DNA of 64,000 bases from contig OZ316892.1 in assembly GCA_973895155.1 (NCBI GenBank), forward strand, positions 17,660,357 through 17,724,356. The letters run 5' to 3'. The notes beneath the pieces were generated by a model, which was not told the DNA's origin, did no database searches, and was given only the letters and a program-made list of their open reading frames with translations. Source of the DNA: Marsupella aquatica (taxonomy: Eukaryota; Plantae; Marchantiophyta). Below are positions 14,435 through 27,800 of the stretch, piece by piece; within the stretch, counting starts at the first letter, position 1; every line of letters begins with the position of its first letter. The translations under genes were made by a program, and so were the position numbers.

Positions 14435-15174
14435 TGTCATATCATGATATCAAATACCCTAAGGAGAAACTGTCCACGAACCCAAACCGAGACGGGCAGC
14501 CAGTCAGCCCTCTACCAACACGCATGACCAGTAACCATAGTTGCCGCCCGTCAAAAGGGGAGGGTCTGCTTGTGCCTCACGTGGACCGTGCAGAAGCTGG
14601 GCAGGCTCGTGCTGCAGGAGCGGGCTGGTCCCTGGCAGGCCCGAGATGACATAATCCGCACAGGAGGGCATTTGGTATACACCAACTCGTGTTGATCCAG
14701 CTATTGATTGAGTAGCGAACACTAATTTAATGCTCCCACGGCCATGCCACATGATAGATTCCATGCAGCATCAGGGCGGGCACTGCAGATGGGCATGACA
14801 TACGGCATGGATGACGTCACGCCTACGCAGGCCACAGACAGCAGTAGCAGCTGACCGAAGGACTCACGCGGGCTCGGCCATTATAACTGTAGGTGAATTT
14901 AGTAATTGCAGATGGGGAAGTCAGATCTTTCTTGAGAATCTGCTTTCAATTACACCCAAATGAGAACTTGGAGTCGCCATTGATTGGACGAGCTGCGTTG
15001 TGAAACCCACTTTTATTTATTTATTGTTGCTAATTGAGCTCGCCATTAAATAAGGTTCGCCTGTCAAGAGCCTTGTTGTGCGACGCATTATTATCTATTG
15101 TTTTTTATTGAGTTCGCCACTCAAGGGTTGCCTCTCAAGCCCAAGGGGGCCTTTGTGTGAGAATAGGCCAGACA
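14435..15174 (+). mobile_element. Candidate solo LTR
   Basis: TGTC..GACA ends around a CpG-rich island in AT-rich flanks; TATA-like tataa at about 14882; no TSD found. Confidence 0.3.
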
Positions 15175-18100
15175 TGAACTTAACATGAACTTGTTAGCAA
15201 ATCTTGCAGAAACATTAAGGATACTAGTTATCTACTGATGAGACCCGAGTAGATCCCTTTTTGCCGATTTGTACCTAACTCTTGTGAAACACTAAGAAGA
15301 ACTTCCATCTATGCCGCCCTTTGTTTACAATCCTCAAGTTGACTCATGCCAGCCTGTGATAGACCGAGAGTTTAATGCCTGAACTCCAGCGGCTAAACAA
15401 ACAGCAAAGCTGAAGACTAGGTTTGATGTAAACAAATTCTAAGTTGAGTCTCTTGTATGGATGCCATATGGAAACACAAGGATGAATTCACCCGTCTTAA
15501 AAACCACTCCAAAATTCCTACAAGACAATATGAAACAGTCACTACCTTTGCAGAGAGGTCTGCTAGGGCATCTCAAAGCTACAGTAGGCAGTTACTAACT
15601 CCATAAATGGTCCATAAACCCCATAAATCCCCTCTAGGAGAAACCTTCCAGCAAGCAATAGAGAATTATTTACTCTTTGGTTTTTCTTTATTTTGGAGAT
15701 AACAACACCTGCCCATATAAAAGCCTCAATCACTCTTTCACTACTTTTCATGTCCTTTGGTGAACAGTGTGTCACCATAAAAGATTGTGCACTTACCAAT
15801 GAAAGATTATGCATTGATCACCTTATGTGGAACTCAAGTCCATTAGTAAACTGAACTTTATCATGAGGGTAACCCATAGCTCAGATTTATAAGTGGAGAG
15901 GTGATTTACCAGTTGTTTACTACAACTCCTTTGCCAGGTCATGATTACAAGTGACCACAGAATCGAAATAGGGGCCGCTCACCAATTTTTCCCAAAGATG
16001 AATAATAGCCTAGTGGGCTAGCCTGGAATATTTTTCTCCTGATTTCATTTTTAAAATAGTGAGTATTTACACAGGGATGCTAAGAACATTCTTGAAATTC
16101 AAGAGTTTCTATTTGTTTTATTGAATATTCTCAAGTCTTTGTTGAATAGCTATTGCTTAGTTTCGAACCTTTGCCAGGTGATGGAACAATGTGACCAGAG
16201 AATAAATCATGTGCACCTCCACTTTTCGAGAGATGAATAAACACCTTTTAGACTAGATTCGAGAAGAGAGGAAATACCCTTAAATCTTTTGACAGCCTAG
16301 TGGTTACTTGGTTGGGAAATCTGATTGGCGAGAAGTTAGTTTTATTTGCACGGACACATTTGCAGGTGGCCATTTCCCTAAACAAAAAGTTTTTGGAAGT
16401 TTCAACAGAGCAAGGGCCATCTTGCATGTGCAGGGGTCCTTAAAAAAATAGGCGCTTTGATTTACTCATGTCACCTTATCATTGAACAAGTGCTTCATGT
16501 TTGATGCATCTCCCTAGGCAGACCTGACGGCAGCATTTGAGGAAGACTAAGGGCAAGGCCAACAACATTTCCAGCCCTTCTCTTCAAGATTTTCAAATTT
16601 CATAACAAACAAAAAACTTTACTTCACAATAGCAAATCACATACATCATTTACAAAGATCTTGTGGAAAAGCCAAATCTACTTTTCCCTGTATGTTAGGG
16701 GATATAGAGGGTCTGAATTCCAAGGACCATCACATGCAAGACAACTCTAAAACCTTGGAAGGGAGGGATGCTTGTCTCAATGAAAGTTTTTTTTTGTCTA
16801 TTAAACCAAGCGGTATACTGAAGTTCTCTCTTACACCTTGTTTGAGGCAAGTTGAATCCAAAACTTTCTAGAAACTTTTGGAAGGTTATTAACAGTAAAC
16901 GTGGAACCTCTGATATCATACTCATCCTGGAACATGAAAAGTTATTTTGTCCTCTAGCAAAAAGTTTAAGTTTTTTTAGTGAAATAGAGGTGATCTAATT
17001 TTTTTGTGGCAAATATAAATAGGATATTGATTAGGAAGGGTGACATTGAAAAGTTATACACATAAGATACAAGAATGAAAGTACACATGTAAAGAAAAAT
17101 AACAATGAACAGGAAAAATTTAAGTCTATGATATTGAGTTCTGCACATACTATACACCAGTAAAGATATTTATGTATTTATCTTATGTAATGATACTCAA
17201 ATGAATTAAAACCATAAATTTAGAACACAAAACTATGAGTAGAACTTAAAGACATGAGGAGTGCACTTTAATTAGATCATTTCTTCTTCACTAAGGGCTA
17301 GAACTTCCATGAACTTTGTTAAAGGGTGGATTGAAAAATTTAGAGGGGTGCCAGATTAAATTCAAAATGTAAAGTATACAAGGGATGCACCTTGGTAAGA
17401 CACATTGAATTAAAATACACAAGAAAAGAAGGAAGATAGATTCACCATATAGCAGTTTCATTCTGGAATTGATTATGTGTTTGGATCAGTCTAGAAATGA
17501 ACTCAAAACAGTGAGCTGCATCTAAACTCAGGACTGGACTTGAGAAAAGTAATTGTTGGAAAATTTTAATTCCCTATGCACCACTCATCTCTAGTTAAGG
17601 TAATTCTTCACAGGTTTACGGTCTACAGTTTGATTTTCTCACTAGTTTTTCAAAACTACCCGCATATAATTGCCCAGGGTTTTGGAAGCTCTAAGTGTTT
17701 TCCCAAGAATCTTATTTTATTGGTGTTCTTTAATATAGAACCTACGCTAGGGCATGGAACAAAGTGACCAAAGAATAAATTTGGTGCGCCATGCCTTTAT
17801 GAGGAATAATAACCTGCGATGAGACTCGATTCGAGAAAGGCAAAAACATAACTCTAAATATTTTGTTAATTGGTTGTCATCGAATTTCGCCGCTGTCCCC
17901 GATTAGCTGCAGGAGAATAGTTCTGATCCTGGCCGTACAATCGTACAATTTCGACTGTTTAGATTCGCCCGCCAAGAATCGCCGGGCGGGTATCAATTCG
18001 TGTACCAAAAATATTGCCAGGGATAAGAAATTTTAGAACAAAACGTTGTCAGAGAAATAATATTAGAGTTCATTAATTTATCAAATATTTCTTTCGAATA

Positions 18101-18695
18101 TATTTGTGCTCTGGAGATAGATGAAGTTATCATTAAACTTCAATAGAGCAGGCGAACGTACCCACATGAGGGTAATAAAGTGTTTGGTAGATTTTCCGAA
18201 TGATGAGCATTACGAATTTATCGTTCGAGTAAGTTGCATCAGTACTACAGCATTATATTATATTAAATGCATCATTTGGGTAAGACTAATTAATTTCAAA
18301 TTCAAAGCTTTCATTACATGTCTCATCTTTGTTTTTATGGTTTTTCGTGTGCCCCTTGGTCATGAAACCAAATATTTTGAGCTCTTTCATTTTGGAATTA
18401 TTTGTTTGATCGACCCCCAAAATGAAACTTGTTATTTGATTCACCCCCGAGATCTATCAATTGTCTACATCTGAGATTGAAAGGTCCATCAACGATCCAC
18501 ATTGGGGAAAAATATTGAGGGGGTTGATAAAGCAAAAATTTTCCATAAGCAGGTCTACTAAGCATATCTCTCTTCATTTTGGGCCTATGGTCTTGTCTTG
18601 CTACTTGTTGGGTCCCCTCAGTGATTCTGTGTTGCCTGTTCTCTTGCCGTTCCATGTTCCCTTTTATTTTCAAGACATTTTACTCACACTTACGA

Positions 18696-18879
18696 CAAGA
18701 AAAGACTTAATAAGACCCCTCTGGCATCTCCTGTACTTAACCAGACCCTTGTGAGTAAGATGCCATGAAGACCTGCCGGCAAGATGGGCAGTCACAAGGG
18801 TCTTGTTAAGTCTTCATGGCATCTTGCTGGACTGTTAAGTCCAACAGATGCCAGAGGGGTCCTGTTAAGTCTATTCTTG
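18696..18879. mobile_element. MITE family A, copy 2
   Basis: Same TIR and internal sequence (gtgagtaagatgccat...) as the 47430 copy; TSD not evident. Confidence 0.85.
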
Positions 18880-21800
18880 TATTTCTGACTATCTTACAAT
18901 GTGCGCATCCTCACAAGTGGAGTGGTGGGTTACTCAACAATCTTCAATGAGGCAAGAGTAATCCCGAGTTCAATTAAGATAAGAAAGCCTTTGATGCACA
19001 AGCTTATCCACATTATTATCCACAAGTCCTTAAAGCCAGTTCCATAATACATATTTGAGTTTTAGAAACCTTAAAATTGATTCACTTATCAGTTAAATGG
19101 AAATGAGGAATGTCATAGGTGATTTCTTGCAACTTTGAGTCAAACTATCTAGAGAGTTTGGAAGTGTTGTAGCTGTAAACATGCAGCCTCTCTAACCGAG
19201 CCTCCTTTGTCATTGTAGACTAGTTCTGAGCAGTGGATCCTAGCTCATGATTGTACTTGGTCAATAAACCAAGGCCAAATTTTAGAAAAGGAAGTTCAAA
19301 CTTTTAATGGGCTGTTTTTGTTACAATGAAACTGTTGCAAGCCTTTCAAGCAACTTTGGTGGAATACAAATGTTTACAGCCCAATATGTAGTGAAGTTTC
19401 ATGACTTATTTAGGTCTGGAGACACTTCTGCCAATCTTGTCTTGTCTTTGATTGATCAGATGAGAATTTGACATGTTTGATTATGTTTTGGTGCCTTTTT
19501 TCAAAATGAGAGGAAATTTGTTTGTAATGTTCAAAATTTGAAAATTTACTCTAATTTATAATGTCCAAAATTTCGCGAATTTACAAATTTTCTCTCCTGC
19601 TTAAATTTCTCCGATTACAAATTTCTCCGAGGAGAGTTCCCGAGGAGAAGGTAGTTTCAGAGTAGTCCTATAATAATGAAATATTACAAGATACCGTCTA
19701 CATGAATACTTGGTGCGGTCGAGACTAGACAAACCGTATTAAAACCGGAGTTATGGGTACGGTCCGCCTCAACTGTCATCGGGCGCCCACTATTTTCCCA
19801 CCCGGAGGACCCAAAGACAGCGGAGACCCAGGTAAGATACTAATGATGGCACGAAGCCCACAGAGCCTGGGCTTTGACCGAAGTGCGGTTACGGTAGGGC
19901 AGGTGTTTTACGGGGGACTGGACCGGAACGTACCGGTACTGCCTCCAGGTCAGTCGTTCCAGTTTGGGATTGACAGGTCCCTTTCTTTAAACTCTTTTTC
20001 CTATATTGGGTATGCATGCGTCACCGTGGTGTGACCGTAATCATCACTGCAGACCCTCCCACTTATATCCTTGTCAGACGCTTCCTATTCGCGCGGGATG
20101 TGCTCCAGCTCGACAGCCCGGTGTGATTAAAGCTGGAAATTATTTGCGGACCTTTCTGACAGGTTCAGGTGCAACCGTGGACTGATCATCATATCCATGA
20201 CGGGTAAGTTGAAGACCTGTTCCAAATCTTTCTCACGAATGGTTCGCTGCAGAAAAGCAGCGGGAGTGTTTTTTATATTTACCCGCGCCTGGGCCCTGCG
20301 CAACGGATTCTTGCCGCGGGAAATAAAAGTTTCTGGGCACGGAACAGAATCTTATTTCTCGCCTAATGCACTAATGATTTTTTCTCATGGTCTTTGTCCA
20401 TGGGTAGTCTTTAAGGTTTTCCCTTTTTTGGAGCGTGAGGTATGTCAGCTTTTTCGAAGGAGGAGCTAAAAATACTTTCTTTTGTAGTATTTTGTAACCA
20501 TTGGATTTCTCTACATTTGAAGATTGTCATTAGATTCTGGCTAGTTGGGTCTGTCATTGTGTGTATCGGAAACAGAAAGAAAAATTAGCCAGTTTTCACC
20601 AAAAGCCGGTGACAGTTTTTGTAGAGGTAGAATCTAGCTTATTTTTGAGTCTGGAAAAACGGTGCTCTGGGCAGCATACTCTAGCTGCAGGCGATTTTAA
20701 AAACTTCTGACGGGGAAGAATCCTTCTTGTTGTGGGTGTGTTTTTCCTTTCCATTCCATGCCCGTGGTGACTAAACGTTTCTGAATGGCATGAGAAAGAC
20801 CCTTGTTTCGTTTCTAAAGGGGTACTATTGTTTTCTCGTTCCCTTGCCCCCGGGCTCCGGGCACAGTAGTTTGTCTTTTATCTCCTCTGAGCACAGGATT
20901 GTGCCCCGCGGGCAACCAAAGTTTCTGAGGGCATGGAACAGAGTCTTGTTTATCGCCTACAGGGAATCCTGATATTATGACAGTACTGAGCGAACTCGTA
21001 GCTACGACTCCGTTCAGGTTGTTGCAGATCTCACACGTTACAGACTGTGTTTGACGGTTACGATCAAATTTCGGTGCAAAGATTCCTTTTCCAAACATGC
21101 TCAACTGACCGACTGTCAGCATGGGAGGGGGTGATGTAAGAAGATTCCAAGATAAATCAGCCCGCATATTTAGCATGCCAATGGTTGTCTTAAGACCTGC
21201 CAGGTAACGTTACCTGACCGTAGTTCCTCCTTCTGGGTCCCAATAAGTGAGTGTCCCTATTCGGCGAGATACTGTTGTCCGTTGGGGCTGGTACAGTTCA
21301 ACGCTGCACAGTCAATGGTGTGATCCACTGCATTCATATCCTCATTGAGAAAGATTCCCTCAAATGTGACTTATTAATTGTGGGGCATGTATGGTAAATC
21401 TCAGTCACTGTACAAATAACTAACCGTAGCACCCGTACCTAGTATCTACAGTGCCATACGATCCTGTTAGTGAGAATCAGGATAACCAAGGGTGGCATTA
21501 CAAGAACTCCGTGGTAGCAGTTTTTTTTCCTTTATGTGTGAAATGTAATCCTAATCATTCAAATGTATAGGATAATGACTATGGGCATAGAGTTATTAGT
21601 CTCTAATCCTATGATTAGAAAGTGAAGAAAAAATTATCTGTGAGCAATCTAAACACAGAGTTCAGTCTAAACCCAAACTTGACTTTCTGGGCGTGAGATT
21701 ATGGTTGTAGGAGAGGCCTCTACAAATCATGACAGATAGGTTACTTTGGTTCTGTCCCAAATTTCCTTGAAAGGTTCTGCACCAAATTCACATGCCAACA

Positions 21801-24639
21801 TGCCACACTTCAGTTTAAATGGACCTTGGGGCAAAATTACCAATGATAGTCTCTGCCAGTGAGTCTTTTGGCTGATGTGTGCATGTTCTTTTGTCAAAAC
21901 ATTATAATTTCCTTCTATAAATCATGGAAGTCACATTAAATGCTGTCTCTTGAGCTTGCTCCATTAGTCTATGGCTGCAGGTAGCAGTGGTTGCAGGTTT
22001 GATGCACAAAAAATGAAAATAAAATACCTAAGAAATACTGTCACCCATCTCCTCCAGGCCATGGGCTAGCGTAGAGCACAAGAGTGGGGCGACACAGGTG
22101 TCCGGTTGAAAGCTTGCCTCTGTTATAAGATTTTTAGAAAACATTTACTGTCTTACTACTGTCCCTCTCAATTGCACACTAGGCCCATGCCTTGAGCTAG
22201 ATGAGTTTTGCCTAGAAGGAAAGGCCAGAGACTTACAGTTTAAAGGGAGAGAGATCATCCAAAGTAAAGCAACCTACCAGCCAGGCAAGGAAAAGAAACA
22301 CACCAATAAACTTCATGGGGCCCTGGATGGACAAATTGTAGATGGGCTTGCTAGGGCCCTGAGAACTTGTGTATCTGGATCAAAAAAGGGTCTGTCCAGA
22401 AGGTCGCAATCCACTTGTAGAAGGAAGCTGTTTCACTGTGCTGGGCAGAGGAGAGTCAACTTCCCTGTCATTTTCTGCTACATTTTGGGAGGCTTTGGAG
22501 GCAAAGTGCAAGAGTTTGACCCATGTCATGAGAGGGCTTGAAGCAGCGGGACCTTGTGTCTTCAGAGGATATTGATTGGTGGGCTTGCAGACCTTGTGTC
22601 TTCAGAGGATATTGCTTGGGGTGGGCTTGCAGACGCTTGCTTCATGATTAAACCCAAAATCATGTACAAGCCCAGGGTGGCCATATGCAACCCACGCAGT
22701 TGGCATGAGGCCTTTTACCCTGCTCCTGGTGAGCCATTGAGTCTTATGCTGAAAGCCATGGCGTTGAGTTGAAGGAGAGAATAAGTTTCATTGCCAAGAA
22801 CCACAGAACTGTGCTAGGTAGTGAAAATTAAATCTGCAAATAAGGAGGGAAGTAAGGTGGAGAAAAGGCAAGATATGGCCTGTTTGAGCTTCACTCTATA
22901 ACTCAGGAGAAAACAGAGACGCAGCTTGATGTGACAAGAGTGAGTTTCAGTGGCAGTAGATGAAGCATTGATTCCTATGATAGCACTTAGATTGGTTGTA
23001 TGTCTTTTTTGTATGATTCAGAAGAATCCATCTTGTTCATTCATGTCTAAGTAAGGAATGACTGGATGGTTCCTCTTTTGCCACTGCTAGAATTTGCATG
23101 ACCCATGAGCAGACATCATTTGTCCATCCCACTACAAAGTGTATATACTGGGGCCTGAGAGAATGATGCATTTCTCATGGTTTGTCCCACACATTTGAGC
23201 GGCACACCCACACAAAGCCACCTTCCAGGTTGATTTCTTCTCTTTTGAATCAAGTAGCTGAATTGCTCTTAACCAAGAAAAAAACCAGTCAAGTTTTGAG
23301 CAGAATGAGGGATATTAATTTCTTGCACTTTTCATTTTGGAAAGAGAGGGAGGGAAATCCAGCCCAAGAACTTGGACTCCTGCAACTGTCAAATTTTGGC
23401 AGGGTGGGGGGCGACAGACACTCTTTTTTACTCTAAGAGATTTGTCAATTCTGTATGAGTAGCTATTAGTGCAGCACATAATGTATTTTATTTATTGCAC
23501 AACAATTTCCCATCCATGGGAGATCTGAATGTCACTTGATGCAACTCACACACCCATGGACAATACCTTTTGTCACGCATCTGAGTGGTTGTTAAAACTC
23601 AACTCTCATAATACTTCTGTTGGCACTTTATGCGTTGTATCCTACTTTGCCATAAAAAACAAAAAAAACTTTGATTGAGACCTGAACTTTAGAGACTCGC
23701 CACTATACTTTCAAACCTTAGACTGTTGGTATCAAAGTAAGGTTACATACACAATAGCCATGGTAGCTAACAGAACCTAACTGGTTCAGTTTAATGAGAA
23801 CAGGGGGCTGCTGCATGGACAAGTACCTGAGGAATCCTGGACAAGTATTCAGTCAAAAGCATGTTCACATGTCATCTTTGGAACAAATGTGTCAGATATG
23901 CTAAGCGAGTAAAAGTATAAATTTCATTTATGTCCATCAAGGTTTCGTATGTCCATAGGGCAGCACATAAAAAATTATGTATCCATCCAAGCACGTAGTT
24001 CAGGTTAAATGAGTTTCTTCTTGCCAAAAAGAACTTAAAGCTCTAGTGCCGCAAAATCCGCCAAGAGCTGTGGAAACTCTACTTTGAGATGAACAAGTTC
24101 GTACTGCAGATAGACCATCAAAGATTGTGATGAAATTTAGCGAACACAGAACTTCACAGAACAACCAGAAACAATGAAGCTATCAGCGTAGAAAACCTTG
24201 AGCGATTCAATATAAGTCTATCAAATAATTTGAATGAAATTTATCTATTTTCTTTTAAAATAATGTAGACACTGAAACATCAGTGTTTTACATCAAAATG
24301 CTTAGAATAATCTTGAGATATGCATTGTTAACTCCTTTCGCAAGGTTCACAATTAAACTCTGTTCAAAAGTTTCTCCTTGGAATTGGAATGTGTGTTTTG
24401 GGCGAACCTGATGGCCTTTACAATAGTTGAATCCAGTACTTTAATTTGGAGATCTACTGTACTCAGTACTCTGACTGTAAGAAAAATATGGTATATCGGA
24501 AAGAGATGACACAAAATAGTCAAAAGACATTAGATTCTGTACTAGTGAGTCTAAATCTCAATGTAAAATGTTGTGAAGGAGAGGAAGGGACAACCCACAT
24601 GGGTGTAAAGGGTAGACCAAACTTTCTAGTTTTATAGTG

Positions 24640-24945
24640 TTGGCCCTCCCCCCGGCCCCATCCCCCGGTCTTCCCTCCCTTTTGACTCCCCTGGTCCCGG
24701 CCCCGCCCCGGTCTCACCCCTTTACTCACACTCCCGGCCCAGCCCCGGACCCGGCCCCTCCCTTCACCTCACCTCACCTCACCCGGGCCCTCACCTCACC
24801 CGGACCCGTCCCACCCCCGGCTATGGTCGAGCTGGGGCCTGGACGGGGCAGGCCAGGTCCGGGTCCGGGGAGGGGAAGGTCAGAAAATCCGGGATGAGGC
24901 CGGGTCTTAGCCAGGAAGAGTCTGGGCCGGGCCGGGGAATAATTG
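24640..24945 (-). repeat. GC-rich dispersed repeat, related copy in opposite orientation
   Basis: Reverse complement caattattccccggcccggcccagactcttcctgg matches caatattcaccgcccggccctggactttcctga at 2693. Confidence 0.65.
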
Positions 24946-25220
24946 AGAATATCCATCAAATAGAGGCATTTCGTCCGGGAAATGCCAAGTTTACGTGCTG
25001 GGCAACTCGGCAAGTTGCCCCTCACTTCAAACCGGGTAATATACTAAGCCTGACCAGAGCAAAGGGCTAGGGTTGCCTTCCCCACCTGTTGCCTAACCCC
25101 AAAGCTTGCCTGCATCTGAGTCTTCTCTCTAGACCATAGGAAGCTACGGGTGTAGCTTTTGACAACTCATGGTTAGTTAGAGTGGACCTGGTAGATAAGC
25201 TTTGTTCAGCATGTTCGTAG

Positions 25221-25407
25221 TTCAGGCACCATTGACTTGTCCTTCATCCTTAAATGGAGGACTTTATTGAACAAAATGAAATTGGAATACATGCCCAGCA
25301 CATAAGATTTGGACCTTTCAGGCACCATTGACTTGTCCTTCATCCTTAAATGGAGGACTTTATTGAACAAAATGAAATTGCATGCCCAGCACATAAGATT
25401 TGGACCA
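25221..25407. repeat. Direct duplication, about 96 bp x2
   Basis: ttcaggcaccattgacttgtcc...cataagatttggacc occurs twice. Confidence 0.95.
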
Positions 25408-25694
25408 AATCATGGTTACCAAATTTCATTTTGTTGAGGTTTGAATGCTAAACTCAACAACTAATTGTGGCCTTCTCATTCTGTAACACAAAAGATTGCT
25501 TACCCTCATGTACACATTATGGGGTGCAAGATCCCATTACTTCATGTCACTTTTTTGTGGTAATGTCAATGAAGGCTACACCCTGCCCGAGAACAGCCGT
25601 CACACAACCCACCAAAGATTTTGTGCAGGGGAAACCCTTATAGTGTTATCAGTCCATAAAAGCAAATAAACAAAACACCAAACGGTGAGGCTTT

Positions 25695-26068
25695 GAACTT
25701 AAAAGCTGGGATAGACACAAACGTTTGAGAAAAAACCCCGATAGACAAACACAACCTGGATGGACACAGAAACTCAAGATTGTGCTTGTATAACATGCTT
25801 TTCACTTGTGCTCCAATGGTGACCTGTAAGGAGCTATCCGACCAGGAGCAGGAGGTTTTTGGTTGTTTCTTCCCATAGTCTATCCAGGCAGGAGCAACGG
25901 AGGAGGTTAGACGTACTTAACTTAATGTCTAAATCTCGGTTAGCTTCTGTTCATAAGACACATGTAATCCATTTTGGGTGTCATTAGGGATTGGTGTTAC
26001 AGTGTCAACAGGCTGTGTCCATCTGGGTTGTCCCTACAAACGTTTGTGTCTATCCCTGCTTAAAGTTC
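25695..26068. mobile_element. MULE-like MITE
   Basis: TIR gaacttaaaagctgggatagacacaaacgtttg / caaacgtttgtgtctatccctgcttaaagttc; perfect 10-bp TSD gtgaggcttt (25685-25694, 26069-26078). Confidence 0.9.
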
Positions 26069-27499
26069 GTGAGGCTTTGGTACCACAAAAAATAGGATAT
26101 ACATTGTAATAACATATCATATGCATAAAGTTTTGAGTATGAGTGTCATAAGTTCATCATAAGGGGCAATCCTGGGGTCAAAATATAGATTAAAAGAGAA
26201 ATAAATTTATTTTTCTTTGAAAATAACACCAAAAATCATTTTCAGAGTATGCCGTGGTACCACACGAAACCACCGGAAATGCTTGATCAGGGCTATTATT
26301 TATTCACTTGTAGAAATGAAGGGTGGTCGGGTGGGTGCGAGCCCACGTTTACAGTGGGGCAGACGCTTACAAGAATAAAAACTGTAAGAAAGTTGATTCG
26401 AAAAAAACCAAAAAATACTTATCTCAAAGGCCGTTTTCATTCATAGTTTCATGATTAATCCTTCCTCAAGCATGTCGGCCTTGAAATCTGGGACTCTCTA
26501 GTCTCTAGGGACGCAGAGCGGGTGCGTCACAAATCCGCCGCTAAACGTATAGTCTACCACAACCCCGTACTGGACTGTACATGCTACTGTAATGAATGTA
26601 AATACGGGATATTCCTTCCAGTAATTCCTTCGCACTTTTGCAATCTTTTGCAGGGTGTTCATTATTTTATAGAGGGGATGGAATCATTCTGCTCCGTACG
26701 CAGAGTATATTTAGAATGGCGCGTCTGAATATCTGACGCCACTGAAGAGAGAGATATAGTATACCGTACATAAATGATACCGTATAATCGGGATGGTTAG
26801 TCAATATCATATGGCCCAGTGATAAATGAACGTTTTCCTAGAGATCTAGGAGAAGATATTCTTTGGGGCCCGTGCAGATTCTTTTCCTTATCCGTCACCT
26901 CTGGACACCTGGACAGGGCAATTTCGTTTCGCCAGGGTTTTGCCATTTCATCAAAGATTTTTTCTCTTCGCCGACCTGGTGAATGTCGAAATTGAAATTG
27001 GCAAAATGCTCGGACGGATACGAATAAAATGCTCCCATGGACCGTAGACGTAAGCCACACAATAGGGATGGATTAATTAGTAATATTCTTTGTGACATTG
27101 TGGTACATCTAAATTGCTAAAATACATGGAAGCATTTGACAAACCTACAAGTCTATACTGGCTTCATTTTCTGGATATATAGGATGTTCAGGACATAAAC
27201 CATTAAAAAAATAAGAGTCGGCATTAGAGTTTTGATGTACTGTTATTGTCCATAATGTTCAGGATCTTAATATACTTACAAATTCAAGACACAATTTTAC
27301 TAACTTAAGTAAAAGTAAAGGAGAATATTTGAAAAGAGCTCATACATCAGACAGGGAAAAATGCACTGAAAAATACAAAGTGCAGAATAGTAAGGGCATT
27401 AATCAACCAGGTTGGATCCCAGCAAACCAATCTTTCCTGTTCACAAACATGTGACACCAATGAGTAAAATGTGGCAAATAAAACCGGACAATCATCTTT

Positions 27500-27800
27500 G
27501 GAAATTTAGGGATGTCTTAATTTTCCTTAAAAATTTGACTATATTAGGTTCATTCGAAAAATCTTTTTAAGCCATTGATAGCTAAAAATCTCCTAAAAAC
27601 TCACAGTCCATGTTATAGGAAATGGATACTGGATGCCAAAGGTAACTGCTGAAGATTTGTTGGAAGCACAAATTGGCAACAACAAGTAATAGAGTATTTC
27701 TTAGAGATTCACATCTGTCTCAATTCTTCATGAAACTGGGAGATAATAGACTATTTGGAAAGAGCTTTCCAAGGCCATTTCCAACAAGCCCAAAACTGAC
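27500..27800 (+). repeat. Old dispersed repeat homologous to 3965-4230, probably LINE ORF2 3' part
   Basis: Shared blocks (tttgact, tctcaattcttcatgaaa..gagata) in the same order in both places. Confidence 0.45.

Noticed and set aside
15400-15480. RT-like KTRF..WMPYG fragment
   Set aside because: No other RT motifs found nearby.
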